A stretch of DNA of 64,000 nt, from NCBI GenBank assembly GCA_001949185.1, contig BDGG01000012.1, positions 1,170,973 through 1,234,972 on the forward strand, read 5' to 3'. The notes beneath the pieces are model-generated. The model was not told where the DNA came from and searched no databases. It saw only the letters and a list, made by a program, of their open reading frames with translations. The position numbers were made by a program, and so were the translations under genes. Every line of letters begins with the position of its first letter. Position 1 is the first letter of the stretch. This document shows positions 50,188-62,600 of this stretch, one piece after another. The DNA comes from Ramazzottius varieornatus. Lineage: Eukaryota; Animalia; Tardigrada.

Positions 50188-50548
50188 ATATTATTGAGGA
50201 CCTGCTGCATAATATAGGCCGAGCCAAGTTCGGTACTAGGGTTGACTTCCAGTGTTTATAGATTGTAGTAAAGTGTTTTAGAGGGAAGAAACATTCTTAT
50301 GTTTTACCGTTAGTATGGACCTTTTTGGGTTTCTTTTGGATATCTGTTTCTCTGTCAGACGACGATTTGCCGAGAATTGTGATACGAGAGGCTATTCGAA
50401 GTACGAAACTAATGCTTGATCCTGATTCGACGTGTATCTACTTTGGAAATAACCCTGCGGCAGCAAACGTAAAACCCGTTTTCTGTTGTGTAATCCATTT
50501 CGGAGTCCGCTTCCATCACAGCAACAAAATTTATAAACCATCAGCAAC

Positions 50549-50580
50549 AGTACGAGTACGAGTACGTCGAGTACGAGTAC
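50549..50580 (+). repeat. (AGTACG)n hexamer microsatellite between convergent genes
   Basis: agtacgagtacgagtacgtcgagtacgagtac. Confidence 0.7.
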
Positions 50581-50797
50581 TAACAAAAACAAACAGGAAA
50601 ACCACCCCGCTTCCAGCATGCCGCAAGCTTTGTCGTGCTGTTTCGATTAGTCTTGCTTTTCAATAAAACGGAAATATAAAAATTAATACAGAAAGTACCG
50701 ACTGAAGCGCCCCAGAAAAGTTCAACAAAATGTTAGAAGTCCGCTGTGGAACATCCAAAACTTCTGGGTGAATACTGTTATGAGAAATCAATAATTG

Positions 50798-52558
50798 CTA
50801 CAGTGTTAAAGCAAGAAGCCCGTCCGGGGTTATCAAAGAACTTAAAGATCTTCCCCTGCCCACGTTAAAGTTATCCATGGTATGCACCGTCTTGTACACC
50901 CGGTGCTTCTTCCGGAACGTTTGTAGACCTCCGCAGATCTGCATTAGCTGAGCGTTTCTGGTCCGCTCCAACGTCAGATCCCCACACGCTCGCTGCACAC
51001 CGTTAGCGTAGTACCATATCGTGCAGTCCCCAACCACGTAGTTCAGATGAATGTAGAACGGATAGACTCGTCGGATCACTTCCAGAGTCCCCTTCACCCG
51101 CTTTGTGATCTCCGCGAAGATGCCAGCTTTCAGGATGAACTCCTGATGGTCCACATCGATTTCGTCAATGCAGCACGAGTACGTGAACTTTGAGAAACCA
51201 TCTCTGTCTACCTTATCTGTTTTCTTCAGCCACGACCACACTTTGTCCATCAGAATATCGATACGCAACGTACCCACATCAACTTTGAGATCAGTTAGGC
51301 AAGTCCTGCTGTCTGAAGAAACGAATTTCGGACAACCTGTATGCCGAAAGACGTTCTCGAGATCATGGAAGAATATCTTTTGTCCTGAGCAGTTAACTAA
51401 ATGCGACGAGTTTGTGGAGCTGTCAAACCTTTCCCACATTAACGCGTCTGTTATGTCAGGCTCGAAAGGTTCACAATAGCTGGGATCTGTGTGCGGAGAA
51501 GACTCGTGGTCTTCCTCGTCGTAAAACATCTTCCGTTTCTTGCCATTAGAACAAGTAATCTCGTACGGGTCGACTTTGACCTGAATTAATTCTTTGCCAT
51601 CCATGAACCGATAAACCAGAAGAACTTCGCCGCAGTAGAGGAAGACGAAGTTCTCCACGACCAGACATAGGTTCGGAGTGAAAGATAGGTTGGGCGAACC
51701 TGTGCAGGTGACGGGAGTAGTGTGTACTTCCGGGTACTTGGAAGAATGTGGCACCGGAACAACAGAAACTGCGACTTGTCTTTCGGGCTGGCCTCGGGAA
51801 GAACAGCTCTGCTTGTTCCAGCAACCGACAATGACGACGCGTTCGTCATCGTCCACCCATTGACTTAGGGAGATCTTTAGGGAAGCTGTTGGAAGGATTC
51901 CGCTGCCGAAGAGGACGACCTGGCTTTCTTCCCTGGTCGACTGGAAGACCGGAACAAAGCGCCAGAAGTGCAGATTACATGTTACTACTGACTCCTCGGC
52001 GAAAAGCCCGATGCCAAACTATGCGGAGAAAGGAATAATTTGTCCAGTGCCCGGATCGACAACGAATATTTATCATTAAACAGGGTATATTATATGAACG
52101 TTTTACCGGGTACATCCAAGAGTTGTGCGCTTCAAGGGTGTAGGAGAGAAGGTACCGGGAATCTTTGGTGAAGCCGAGAAATGTGTGTCTCATCAAGCTA
52201 GGATTCTTGACGATGGACCGAAGACTCACATGGCGAAGAGGCCGTTGACGATTGCGATCGGGGGACATTCCATGGTCGAAGCCACCGTACAGCTCGTAGT
52301 TCAACAGTAGTTTGGCGATGGAACACACTGGTTTGATTCTCCATTCGTCCTGAAACATGACATTTACTTTTCAGAGTTCCGTAGCAGTATATCCTATTCT
52401 TTCTTCGCGCAATTTACCTTCGGGGGCTTCAGCAAACGATCATCCGAGAAATCATGTCCGTTAGGCTCGAGATTGTTCCAGTCGTGCGTAGACTCACTGT
52501 CGTCGTTCTCTTCGCCTGAGTTTTCTTCCTCGGGCGTGTCGAAGTTCACTTCGTCCAT
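50798..52558 (-). CDS. DCAF15: DCAF15-like (DDB1-CUL4 substrate receptor)
   Basis: HVSLRSIV...HTFLGFTKDSRYLLSY resembles the DCAF15 N-terminus; HTMDN...GRSL resembles its C-terminus; spliced exons 52558-52419, 52349-~52105 and ~51967-50798. Confidence 0.7.
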
Positions 52559-53985
52559 GACATTCGTTTTCTGATACTAGTGGAGAGCACTGGACTCGAC
52601 GGATGGAGCGCTAGAAAGAGATGGTCAGAAGATGGTCAGATAAGACTGTTTTCATACGAATCAAAACTGTTTGTCACAAAAACAAAGTTTGAAATGGGGG
52701 GAAACCCGAAATCGACCCAGGGGTTCCAGGTTGAAATCCCCTGCAAAGGGTACGGTGAGTGGTAGCGCGTGCCGAGTCATCCTTTCGACGGGATAAAAGC
52801 AAAGGGCGCAGTGCCTGTTTAACTAAGATTTACCCTTTAGATCGCCCCGCCACTTCGGTGATGCGTAGTTTGGGATTTATTTTACTTCCGACTTTAAATC
52901 CCGTTCAAAACTCCCATGTTTTGATGGATACTTCCTCTGGATCTTGCAGAAAACGATCATGCTTGAGTGAAATCCTCTCTTTGCAGGTATTCCTGTCCAG
53001 GGAGTCTGAAGCGACGAAGCGACAAGGAATATCGAGACGCCCGACTGCCTCCAACGGAGTTTTCAATCAGGAAATCATTGGAAGACTGTCGTCTACTATT
53101 CGGCTTTGGCGCTTGGCTTCTATTCGTCTGCATTACGCGTGGACGAAAGGCTGGCAAAGTTGCAACCTGGGCTGCCTGACAGTGTAATCAAGCGGGCCAG
53201 CGCTGTTTCTTTTGGGTGAAACAGGCGAACAAACACGTTGTTTCTGTGAGACTGACTGCCAAAGTCAAACGTTTCGCCGTTGACGATGATAACATTCTAA
53301 TCTTCGTGACGAGTGTGGACCTTTTCCCAGCTCCTGTAGACTCCGGGTAAGCTACCAACTCCCTTGAAAGAGAAGCACACCGTCAGGGGAAACTTGTTGC
53401 CCAGATGTATTGCATGGCGTTTCGGCCATTATAGGCGCTTTCTGTCTATTATGTCATCATCGCTTTTTATCACATGCAGTCCTATGCGCGTTTGGTATAT
53501 CTCGGCTCGTCCTCATCTCTTCTTCCGATGCTTTCTAGGTTACCTTTCGACGAGCACCAACGGTACTCAGCAGTGAAGGACGACATTTCGTCTGGCTGCG
53601 TCCCGTTACACGGATTGGGGACGACATCCGGTCGGAATTTTGCCATTATTCGGCGGACATTTGAACAGCATAAATAGTCTATTTTTGAGATCACTTTCAG
53701 GTACGTTGGACATTTAGATTGAAGCACGGGACGGTTTTCTATAGGTTGATAATGACTTTCATCTTTCTGGATGATTCCCAAATCCAGATGTGATATTGGA
53801 TATTGTTGCGAGTTACGGCTGTTGTTTAACCGTCACTTTAACGGCTTCATGTTAAAACTCTTTTTTCCCGTTTCCAAACACATCTTCAGCACTGATTTTG
53901 TGGCATCGAAAAGCCGTAGTGGGATCGGATTACGGTCTTGTAAAGTGGTTTTGTTGCGTTTCTTTCCAGGTGGTGCATAGTCAAG

Positions 53986-56717
53986 ATGGCTGCAACAGCC
54001 AAGCAGATCACCCCGATGACAACCAGATCTCGTTCGTCGAAAACTCCCCCTGAAGCACCACCAGCCGTTCCCAAAGAACTGAAAAGTTCCCTTGCTACTC
54101 CATCGTCACTTCCGTTGAAAAGGCAAGAAATGACTACAGCCGCCAAGACTATTTCGTCGGACAGCGCAACAAAAGTGTCCACTAATACCATTCCAACTCC
54201 AAGCAGCGTCGTCCGAGATTTGGCCAGAAGTACCGACAGTACTTCTTCGACCATCGAAAACAGAAACGTAGAGCCAGCATCCGGTTCCGGTCTGGAAGAC
54301 AGTCTTTCCAGCGACAACGATGCACGAACCAAAGACAAAACGCTGAAAATCGCATCGACAACCGCCGATAACTCTTCTGCAGCTGCTTCAGCCAGCCAAG
54401 CAGAAAAGCAACCTGCAGTGAACGGTGTGGACGGCGGTAAACCTGGAGTGATGGAGTTTATGGACTTTGTTCAGCCAGAACCGGCTATCAAGGTAAGCCA
54501 TTTCTGGCAGCATCCTCACATGAATTGTTTTAGCGGAGAAAAGTCCAAGTTTGGGTATTGACATTTGAATCACCATGTTTTGCAGGCCCAGATCAAACGA
54601 AAGCTGAACTTCGACACGAGTCCCGTAAAGAACGCAAAACTGGCCAAGCCTGCCGATTCTGTCACAGTTCAACCCGTGAAATCGTCAAGCTCTCCAGCGA
54701 CCACCTCGAACACCGTCATGGTCCCACAGCCCAGACCGGGAACGGTCACAACCATCAAAGTGGCTAGCGGCACAAGCTCGACGGTACCGGCCTCCGGACG
54801 AGCACCAGGTTCTGTTCAGGTTATCAGAGTAGCTACACCATCTTCCTCGACCGCTGCCACCGGCCTCAAGAAACCCTTCAAAACTCCGCCGCTTCCTTCG
54901 CCAGCCACGCTCAACAAACCATCGATGAAGAGGGCGGCTGCTCGCATCAACGCGGCTCGAAGCCAAAGTGTCAACGAAGGTAAGGGAGAATGAAGGCGAA
55001 TAGGAAGCGGAAGTCGAGAACCCACATTGCGACCATCTTTGTCTGTTCTTTTTCCAGACGATTCGGATGACGACTCTTCACATGGCGCTTCTTCTTCGCG
55101 GTTTGATTCTTCGCTGAACGTTATCACGAAGAAGTTTTTTGAACTGTTCAAAAGCTCACCAGATGGGGTATTCACTGATCAGCTTCTTACAATGAAAACT
55201 AAATTCGTTTTTATGTTGTATCTCGCTTTTCGTCTTGAGCAGAGCAAACATCTGAATCATATGATGTTTTCAGGTTGTGGATTTGAACGAGGCGAGCACG
55301 ATATTGCAAGTTCCCAAACGAAGGATCTACGACATTACCAACGTTCTGGAGGGCATTGGTTTAACTCGGAAAAAGTCCAAAAACCGAGTAGAGTGGATGT
55401 ATGTACACAAGATCACTCGACAAAACCTGGTCTGATGTATGAGTACTAAGCTCTGATGGTATTTTGCAGAAGTAAAGATGCACCGATTGTCGACGACGAG
55501 GAAATAGCTGGTGAGTGCTACGCCGACATTTTGATGGTGAATTGGATTTTACTTTGGTTTGTCTTTGCAGACGAAGAGAGGCAGTTGACTAAGACTCTGG
55601 AAGAACTGGAGCAGGCCACCTTGGAACTTTTCCGCGCTGAGAAGAAGTAAGCCAATTGACACTAGGATCACAAGGAAATAGTTTATAGACTTTAATCTAA
55701 TGTGTTTTTGCAGAAACCTTTACGTTCGACCAGACTTCTTGAAGCAAGTGGAACCAATCCAGAACAAAACAATCATATGCGTGAAGAAACGTGCTGATAC
55801 CAAGCTTGTGGTCTATCCGGTAAGAAATTCACGGTGAATCAATAAGGACGAAGAACATTTTGGTTGAGAAAACAGCTGTCTAATTGTTTTCCTTTTTTTA
55901 GTCGGATCCTAGAAAGTTGACAATCGGATCTAGCACCGGATCTCCGCAGACGCTCTACCTAGTTCCCACGTTCTTGTGGCCAGGATGGAACACCGATGTG
56001 AAGACCGAACCTGCGGCCCCGTCGGCTGTCAAACCGACATTAGCTGAAGTCGTACCCGAACCTGTCGTGAGGATGTCGCCGGAAGTGACCATTGATAACA
56101 CACTGGAGTCTCCTGATGACGAGCTTCGACGCCTGGAGCACGACTCTTCCATAGTGTCCGATGCCGATTCTTCCTTCCGAGCGTCCAACGACTCGCTATT
56201 AGCCAGCTCCACGTTGTCCGATACAACAAGTGAGTGTAATAGCTTTTCATTTGCAATAGTTTTCCATATTTGGAGGTCATCTGAAAGAATGCGGTTAACG
56301 CTTATCCACCTGCATACACGTAGGAAGGGGAATCCTCGTGTAGAAGTGTATGCAGGTTTACTAGCTGGTTCGCCGGCAAGAACCTGCATACGGCGAACCG
56401 TGAATTTTGACATAGGTCCGAGTACGCAAGAGTACAAGACAACAAGTTGAGCGATCTCATACACAACTTTTCCACGACCAATAGTTTGGATTGTTTATGT
56501 TGTGAGGTTCGTAACTCATTGCTTTCTTGTTTTAGTTAAACGCGATGTAAGCTTCACCGATAACTCGATGACGCCGCCGCTCCACTGGCCCCTTCCTTCG
56601 CCAGTTAACGGTAATATATTGCCCGAGATCATGCCAATGGAGCCGTTCGACGGATTGGATTTCATGTTCGGTTTGGAGTTTGACTCGGAAGGCCTCATGG
56701 ATGTCTTTGGTTTGTGA
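53986..56717 (+). CDS. E2F: E2F transcription factor, activator (E2F1/2/3-like) type
   Basis: DNA-binding domain [13 protein letters not shown]...[28 protein letters not shown]; cyclin-A-type motif KRKLNF; C-terminal pocket-binding motif [17 protein letters not shown]. Confidence 0.93.
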
Positions 56718-57264
56718 ACGTGTTGGATGATGTGCGATTCATTTTTCAAGTAACTTGTGTCACACTCGGGGTAGTTTCCGGTCGCGCGTACCCTTCGTTT
56801 CGCGCATCCACCACCATTTCATTTTCGTACGTCGAAGCTTTGAAATATTTTTGAGTTTATTTATTGTAGGCGCTTTGCAGGTTTGCTCTCTTCGTACTCT
56901 TTTTCTTTGTACGCGGTACACTGAAGCCGTATTTTTACGGCTCGCCGCTCTCTGTATCTCTTGCTAATTACTGTGCTGATTTTCTCAAAATCATGTTAAA
57001 CCCCACGATCGTCAAAGTCGGTACCGTATGACATTCTAAGCTACTGTAGCACCAAACACAACGAAGAATTTGTTATTGGCAAGAGAAGAGGAAGTCTCAA
57101 GTACCTCTCGGGTTCTTCCTCATCGATGTGCACAAACGGAAGTTAGAAAGACGACACTGTCATAAGTTAAATTGCCGAACGACGGGCACTTTTTGAACGT
57201 TAAAATCTGAAATGCGGGAAATTAGAATCGTGCATTGGTGACCCGGAAATATGATCGCTTTTGC

Positions 57265-57873
57265 CTAGGACACATCAGCATCGCCCACAGAATCTGCTTT
57301 CTCGTCAACGAAAGCTATCAGTTTGTCTATTTCTATCTCTATTTTATCCCTCGAGTTATTCTGCAACACATAATCCCAATCTGTCACTTGATCCAGTCCG
57401 CATTCGGACTCGCTGTCATCGATGCCGGCTTCGAATCTGTAACCGCGCTTGTTCCTGGTTTCCTCATCGGCGACGACACGTATCGTTATGACATGGGGAA
57501 ACCTTCGGAAGTATTCAAGATCGGTGATCCGTCGGGCGTCGCTAACTATCCAGATTTTCTTGCTGGCTATCCAGGGCATGTCGGTGGCTAGTCGACACCA
57601 GTAGGACGAATCTTCTTGACGTTTCTTCTCACCAAACAATATCATGTCCGCTCGATGGTCTTCCTTGTAGGTGGCCGGCGAAAGTAACGTCTCGTAATCC
57701 AGGTTGTGCGACTTGGCGTACTCGGACTTTAGTGGACCGGATAGCCGGATGATTGCGGCGATCTCTTCTCCAAACTTGATGAGCAGCTTCGACGCAACGT
57801 GATCCTTGCCCGACTTCCGTTTCCCGCTGAGTATCAGCACAACCTGTGGGTTCTTCCTGTCGCCGTTCTCCAT
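57265..57873 (-). CDS. PMVK: Phosphomevalonate kinase (animal type), single coding exon
   Basis: LSGKRKSGKD P-loop, RLSGPLK.EYA, YKEDHRADMI, VSDARR, GIDDSESECGLD. Confidence 0.95.
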   Translation of the reverse strand: MENGDRKNPQVVLILSGKRKSGKDHVASKLLIKFGEEIAAIIRLSGPLKSEYAKSHNLDYETLLSPATYKEDHRADMILFGEKKRQEDSSYWCRLATDMPWIASKKIWIVSDARRITDLEYFRRFPHVITIRVVADEETRNKRGYRFEAGIDDSESECGLDQVTDWDYVLQNNSRDKIEIEIDKLIAFVDEKADSVGDADVS

Positions 57874-58252
57874 CCTGAACGTTGTGAACCTGAAACAGTC
57901 ATGCGGGTTAGTTAACGAGCTAAGTCGAGAGTCGAGACTAATAACAAAACAACATGAGCACTTTTTCTTGTCTTCCCAAAACCGTACAGCATGTTCTCCC
58001 CCCGTCAGCTGTTTGAAAGCGATCGTGAGGGTGACTCTCGAACAAGATAAGCTGCAATCAATGGCCTCACTGTGCTGCAAACCATTGATTGAACTCATTA
58101 AAGGCTTATCTGTTCATCGAAAATTCGAAATCTATGACTTGATGACTCATTCGATTTCGTTTCGTAGACACAGTCGGAATTGAAAATTCCTCGTTCTTCC
58201 AGAATCTGATTATTATCTTTTAAGATTCGAAGATCGTTCAGTAACATCGAAG

Positions 58253-59222
58253 ATGATCCGAGCAATTCTCGTCTTCAACAACCACGGGAAACCTCGACTG
58301 ATCAAGTTCTACGAGCATTACGTAAGTTAATGTATCCCTACGACTTTTATCCTATTGAATTTGACTTGTTTGAGAGGAATCTGTGATGGCTAGTGCGTTT
58401 CGTGAGATTGTGTCAATATTGCTCTCCTTTCAGAAAGAAGATGTCCAACAGAAGATTGTACGAGAAACTTTCCAACTGGTGTCGAAGCGTGACGAGAATG
58501 TATGCAACTTTCTGGAAGGTGGCAGGTACGGAACGCATCCATTACCACCACTGCTCGCACCTCCCGTTCTTCGCGATAACCCTACCAAACATTCGTTTGC
58601 AGCTTGATCGGAGGATCAGACTACAGGTTGATCTACCGACACTATGCGACCCTGTACTTCGTCTTCTGTGTTGACTCCTCCGAGAGCGAGCTGGGCATCC
58701 TCGATCTAATCCAGGTACCGACCCACATATACATCAGGCGAAAATCAACCATTGATCAGATCCTTTGTACTGTATCGCAAATTTCGCATACGTAGTGGGC
58801 GATGCACCAATACTAGACCGCGTTATGCATTTTCAGGTGTTTGTGGAGACGTTGGACAAATGCTTCGAGAATGTCTGTGAGCTTGACATGATCTTCCATG
58901 TGGATAAGGTCCACCATATCCTCGACGAGATCGTTATGGGAGGAATGGTTCTCGAGTAAGTTTAGACAATGCTTCTTCTCTGCGAACTCGTACATTTCTC
59001 TCCTCTCACAACGCTAGCTTGTGTATTTACAGAACAAGTATGACAGAAATCGTTTCAAGGATAGAAGAGCAGAATAAGCTAGAGAAACAAGAAGCAGGCA
59101 TTTCCTCGGCTCCTGGTCGAGCCATGAACGCCGTCAAAAACATGGACTTGAGCACCATCAAAGATATTAAACTTCCGGATATTCAGCTTCCCGCGTTCAA
59201 AAATTTTAAATTATCGTCATAA
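58253..59222 (+). CDS. AP3S1: AP-3 complex subunit sigma, 5 exons
   Basis: [65 protein letters not shown]. Confidence 0.97.
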
Positions 59223-59636
59223 GTCTTTACAGTGTACGTGCTTTGTATGATTGTGCTATAGAATGCCACAAGCTCCGTTTTGAAATATTCCGGTTTGGAA
59301 GATCTCGTCGCCCACTACATTGTCGTTTCAAGTTTTAATTCCGAGTTGAGAAAATCAATGACGGATGTCGATAAGATCACAAAATGGATGAGAAAGTGAT
59401 AAGAAAATATGTGGTATTAAAACTTAGAAATGTGTGCAGCATCGTCAGCCAGTAGAAAAGAAGAGCAAATGTTCACTGTACAATCTCATCCTGCTGCTCG
59501 AAATAAATCGACCGACAACTGGCTATCAGTGGAGGGAGAAGAACATGACAGATCGAACCGTCAATAAATAATCACACATATGCGAAATCCTAAACATCAC
59601 AGTCAAAACGTTCAAAGAATTCTGCCTTTGGAAAGT

Positions 59637-62600
59637 CTACTCCCTCTTGACGCGCTTTATCTGTCGCCCACTTCGCGACGTTATCAGTGATATTCCTAAA
59701 CCGTTCGATGACGATCCCGTGTTGGATCGCAGGCTGTCGGCAGGGCTGCGAGGGTCCTCCGAGTCTTCGGCGTAGAAATGTTTCGGACGCATTAGCTTTC
59801 GCCCTGAACGAGAGTGCTTCTCTTCCTCGACCGGATGTTGCTGCTGGACCAACATCGATCTTGCTGCGGCACGTTTTCTCTTCCTCCTGGAAGTACCTGT
59901 GGAAAACCAGACCGTGGAGCAAGGGAAGATTATGTTGGATGAACTGCCTCGAAGAGCTTTCTGGAAGCTCGGCAAACAAACTCGACCGGATCGTTTTTCC
60001 CGAAGTGGCGCACACTTCACACCGAAATTGACCGAATACATACAGCACAACTCGAACTGTGTACCACTTGGAAAACCGATCTGGTCGACTTTGTTTGCCG
60101 AGCTCACATCAAAGATGGATGCTCGAAATGTACACGTTAGAAAGTCTTAGAAAAAAGTTTAATTACTGAACACAAACCTCCACGTCTCTTGGTGCGGAAG
60201 CGAGACGATGCAGTCGCCGCATCGTGGTGTTCCCTGTGTTTTCTAGCAGCCTTATTGGCTCGTTTCCGGTTCGACCCAACCGCTGAATCGGGTGAGTCAG
60301 AGTCGCGGTAATGTGGTCGTTCTTTGTGACGGGTAGGTCGATCACTATGCCGTAGCTCCCCACCTGGTTTCGTTGGTCGTTTACGGGTGACTCTTCTCCG
60401 TGAAGTGCCATAATCTTCGTCCTCGCCCTCTTCCTCGCTTCCGTGTACCGAGTCTTCTTCAGCGGAGTGATCCAAAGCCTCAATGTCGTCGTCCGAAGGC
60501 TCTTCGGGGGTGTCGTATTCACTTTCGCTCTGTTCGCCCGAGCGAGAATTTTCTTCTGAACCCGCACTTCCCAACGATAGCGGAGCATGACGTGAAGTTG
60601 ATGGCTTCGAAGCATTACTTCCTCCTCGAAGCGCGTTGGCCGTCGCTTGCTGTTCACGAAAATTTTTCCATTTGGGATAGATGTTCCTCGTGAAGGAGGT
60701 CATGGTGACATCGCTGTACAGCAAACCAGTATTATTTACACAAAAAAGAGAAACAGCTCGGTCAAACCAACTTACGAGATAATGTCAATCAAGACATCGC
60801 GGACGATATAAGCTTGTCTGGTTATTAGAGCCGAATCCTGGTTAAAAATGACCGAGTTGGCTGGGAGTCTTTCGATATCGTACTTCAGTGCTTCCATTCG
60901 TCTAAACAGCAAACCGACATGAAACAACTTCTTAACTGAGACCGGGAAACCACAATAGAGCGTACCGATAGAATCTGTTCTTCAAACGTTCCGCAATGAG
61001 CCTCATGTCGACAGGATAGGGTACCACTTGAGGGTACTCAGGGTTGGCAGCAAAGTCTACAGGCATGATGAACTGACTGGCGATGCTGTGCTCCATCGCC
61101 CTCTCGAACAACGGTAAGACTCGCGCTCGGAACGCTTCGAACTCTTCGTTGGGCCATTCAGCGGCCTCTGACTTGTATCGATACTGCTGAAGTTCTTCTT
61201 CGGTCACGAAGGTCGCTTCAGGATTTTGATCTACCATAAAGCACGCCATACAGTTGACACAGCCATCCAGGATGCCGGCAAACGAAACGTACAAGATCGC
61301 TATCTGAACTGGCGCACGCTGCCAACTTAAAACGATATAAACTCCCGCCACTTGGAACAACAATCTTGCACGTCTCCTTGGCCGAGCTACCATACATCAA
61401 AACAGTCACCACCAAAAACTAAATTTGAAGTTGGAATTAGAAAGATCGGGAAATCTATTTTGTTCAAACCTTCTTGGTCAACAGGAAAGAGATCCCAAGG
61501 GCTGAGACATTGTTCGTCATTTTCTACGCTGCCCGTTTGGTTGTCCCACCTACGATCACGATCGCATAAGCCATCACATTCACTCATTCGTAAAGCCATA
61601 AATAAGATTTTGAAAAAATACCTGACTCGGACAGAGTTGAAAAGGCTGTCGGGATAGTTGGGATTGACCACACCAGTTTCGACCACTGTACCCTTGAACC
61701 ATTTCTGACTGGTATCTTCCTGGAAGAGGCTCTTGACTCGATCGTTCGGCTTGAACTCCACTGCAGTTGCTGCTTCGACGAACTGCTTTAGCACCAGAAA
61801 GTCTTCTTGGCCTTCCAGATCTTGCAAACTAAACAAAGGTTCAGCAAGAAGTTCAAGCTTCAGTGGCGCTTAGAAACTCTGCTGATACGGGAACTTCCTT
61901 ACAATATTTTAAACTCTTTGTGATTTGGTGGTACTATTTCCGACAACCTTTCGACAGTCAGGACTGCAATCCGAGAAAAGTTTGTCGCTGAGACGATTTC
62001 GAATATGACGCTCGTCACTTTCACCGTCTCCACAGTCTAAAAAGGAACGACTTGTGATATCAACAGCACCTTAGTCCGACCACCACAAGTATGCAAAACT
62101 ACTTACACCCATTTCCAGGGTCCTCTGCTCCCAAGGCTTGTTCTTCTTGACTTTAGGCGAAGCAACTTGTGAGTGCTCGCTGTTTGCCGCTTCGTTATAC
62201 TTGATGTGCCCCTGTGGAAAGTATTGGAGGACGTCGCCTAGTTGCGGGAAGTAAGGCGAGCGACGAGGCTGGACCTCTGTCAGCCACTTCGGCGGGGCTG
62301 CGTCCATCCCTGCTTCAATCTCAGCATTTGTCAAAGTGGCGGGTTCGTCAACTTCTTCGACCTTAATCTCGGCATGTCCATTAGTCTTCGATACTTCCGA
62401 CTTCTTGCGTTTCTCTTTGACGGGCTTCTCCACCTGGAACTCTGCATCTTCTTCCTTCTTGATCTTCCGAGATGATCGTTCCTCTTTTCGATGCTTCTTC
62501 TCCTTTTTCTTTCTCTTGCCTGTTCCGTTGTCCAGTCCCTTCTCTCTCTTCGGCTTGCGAAGAGCAGGAAGATCTGAGAAATCGTTTGCGTTAATGTCAT

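Noticed and set aside
58322-58340. U12-like GTATCC near the first AP3S intron
   Set aside because: The in-frame donor is the canonical GTAAGT at 58322; gtatccc lies inside the intron and lacks the full U12 consensus.
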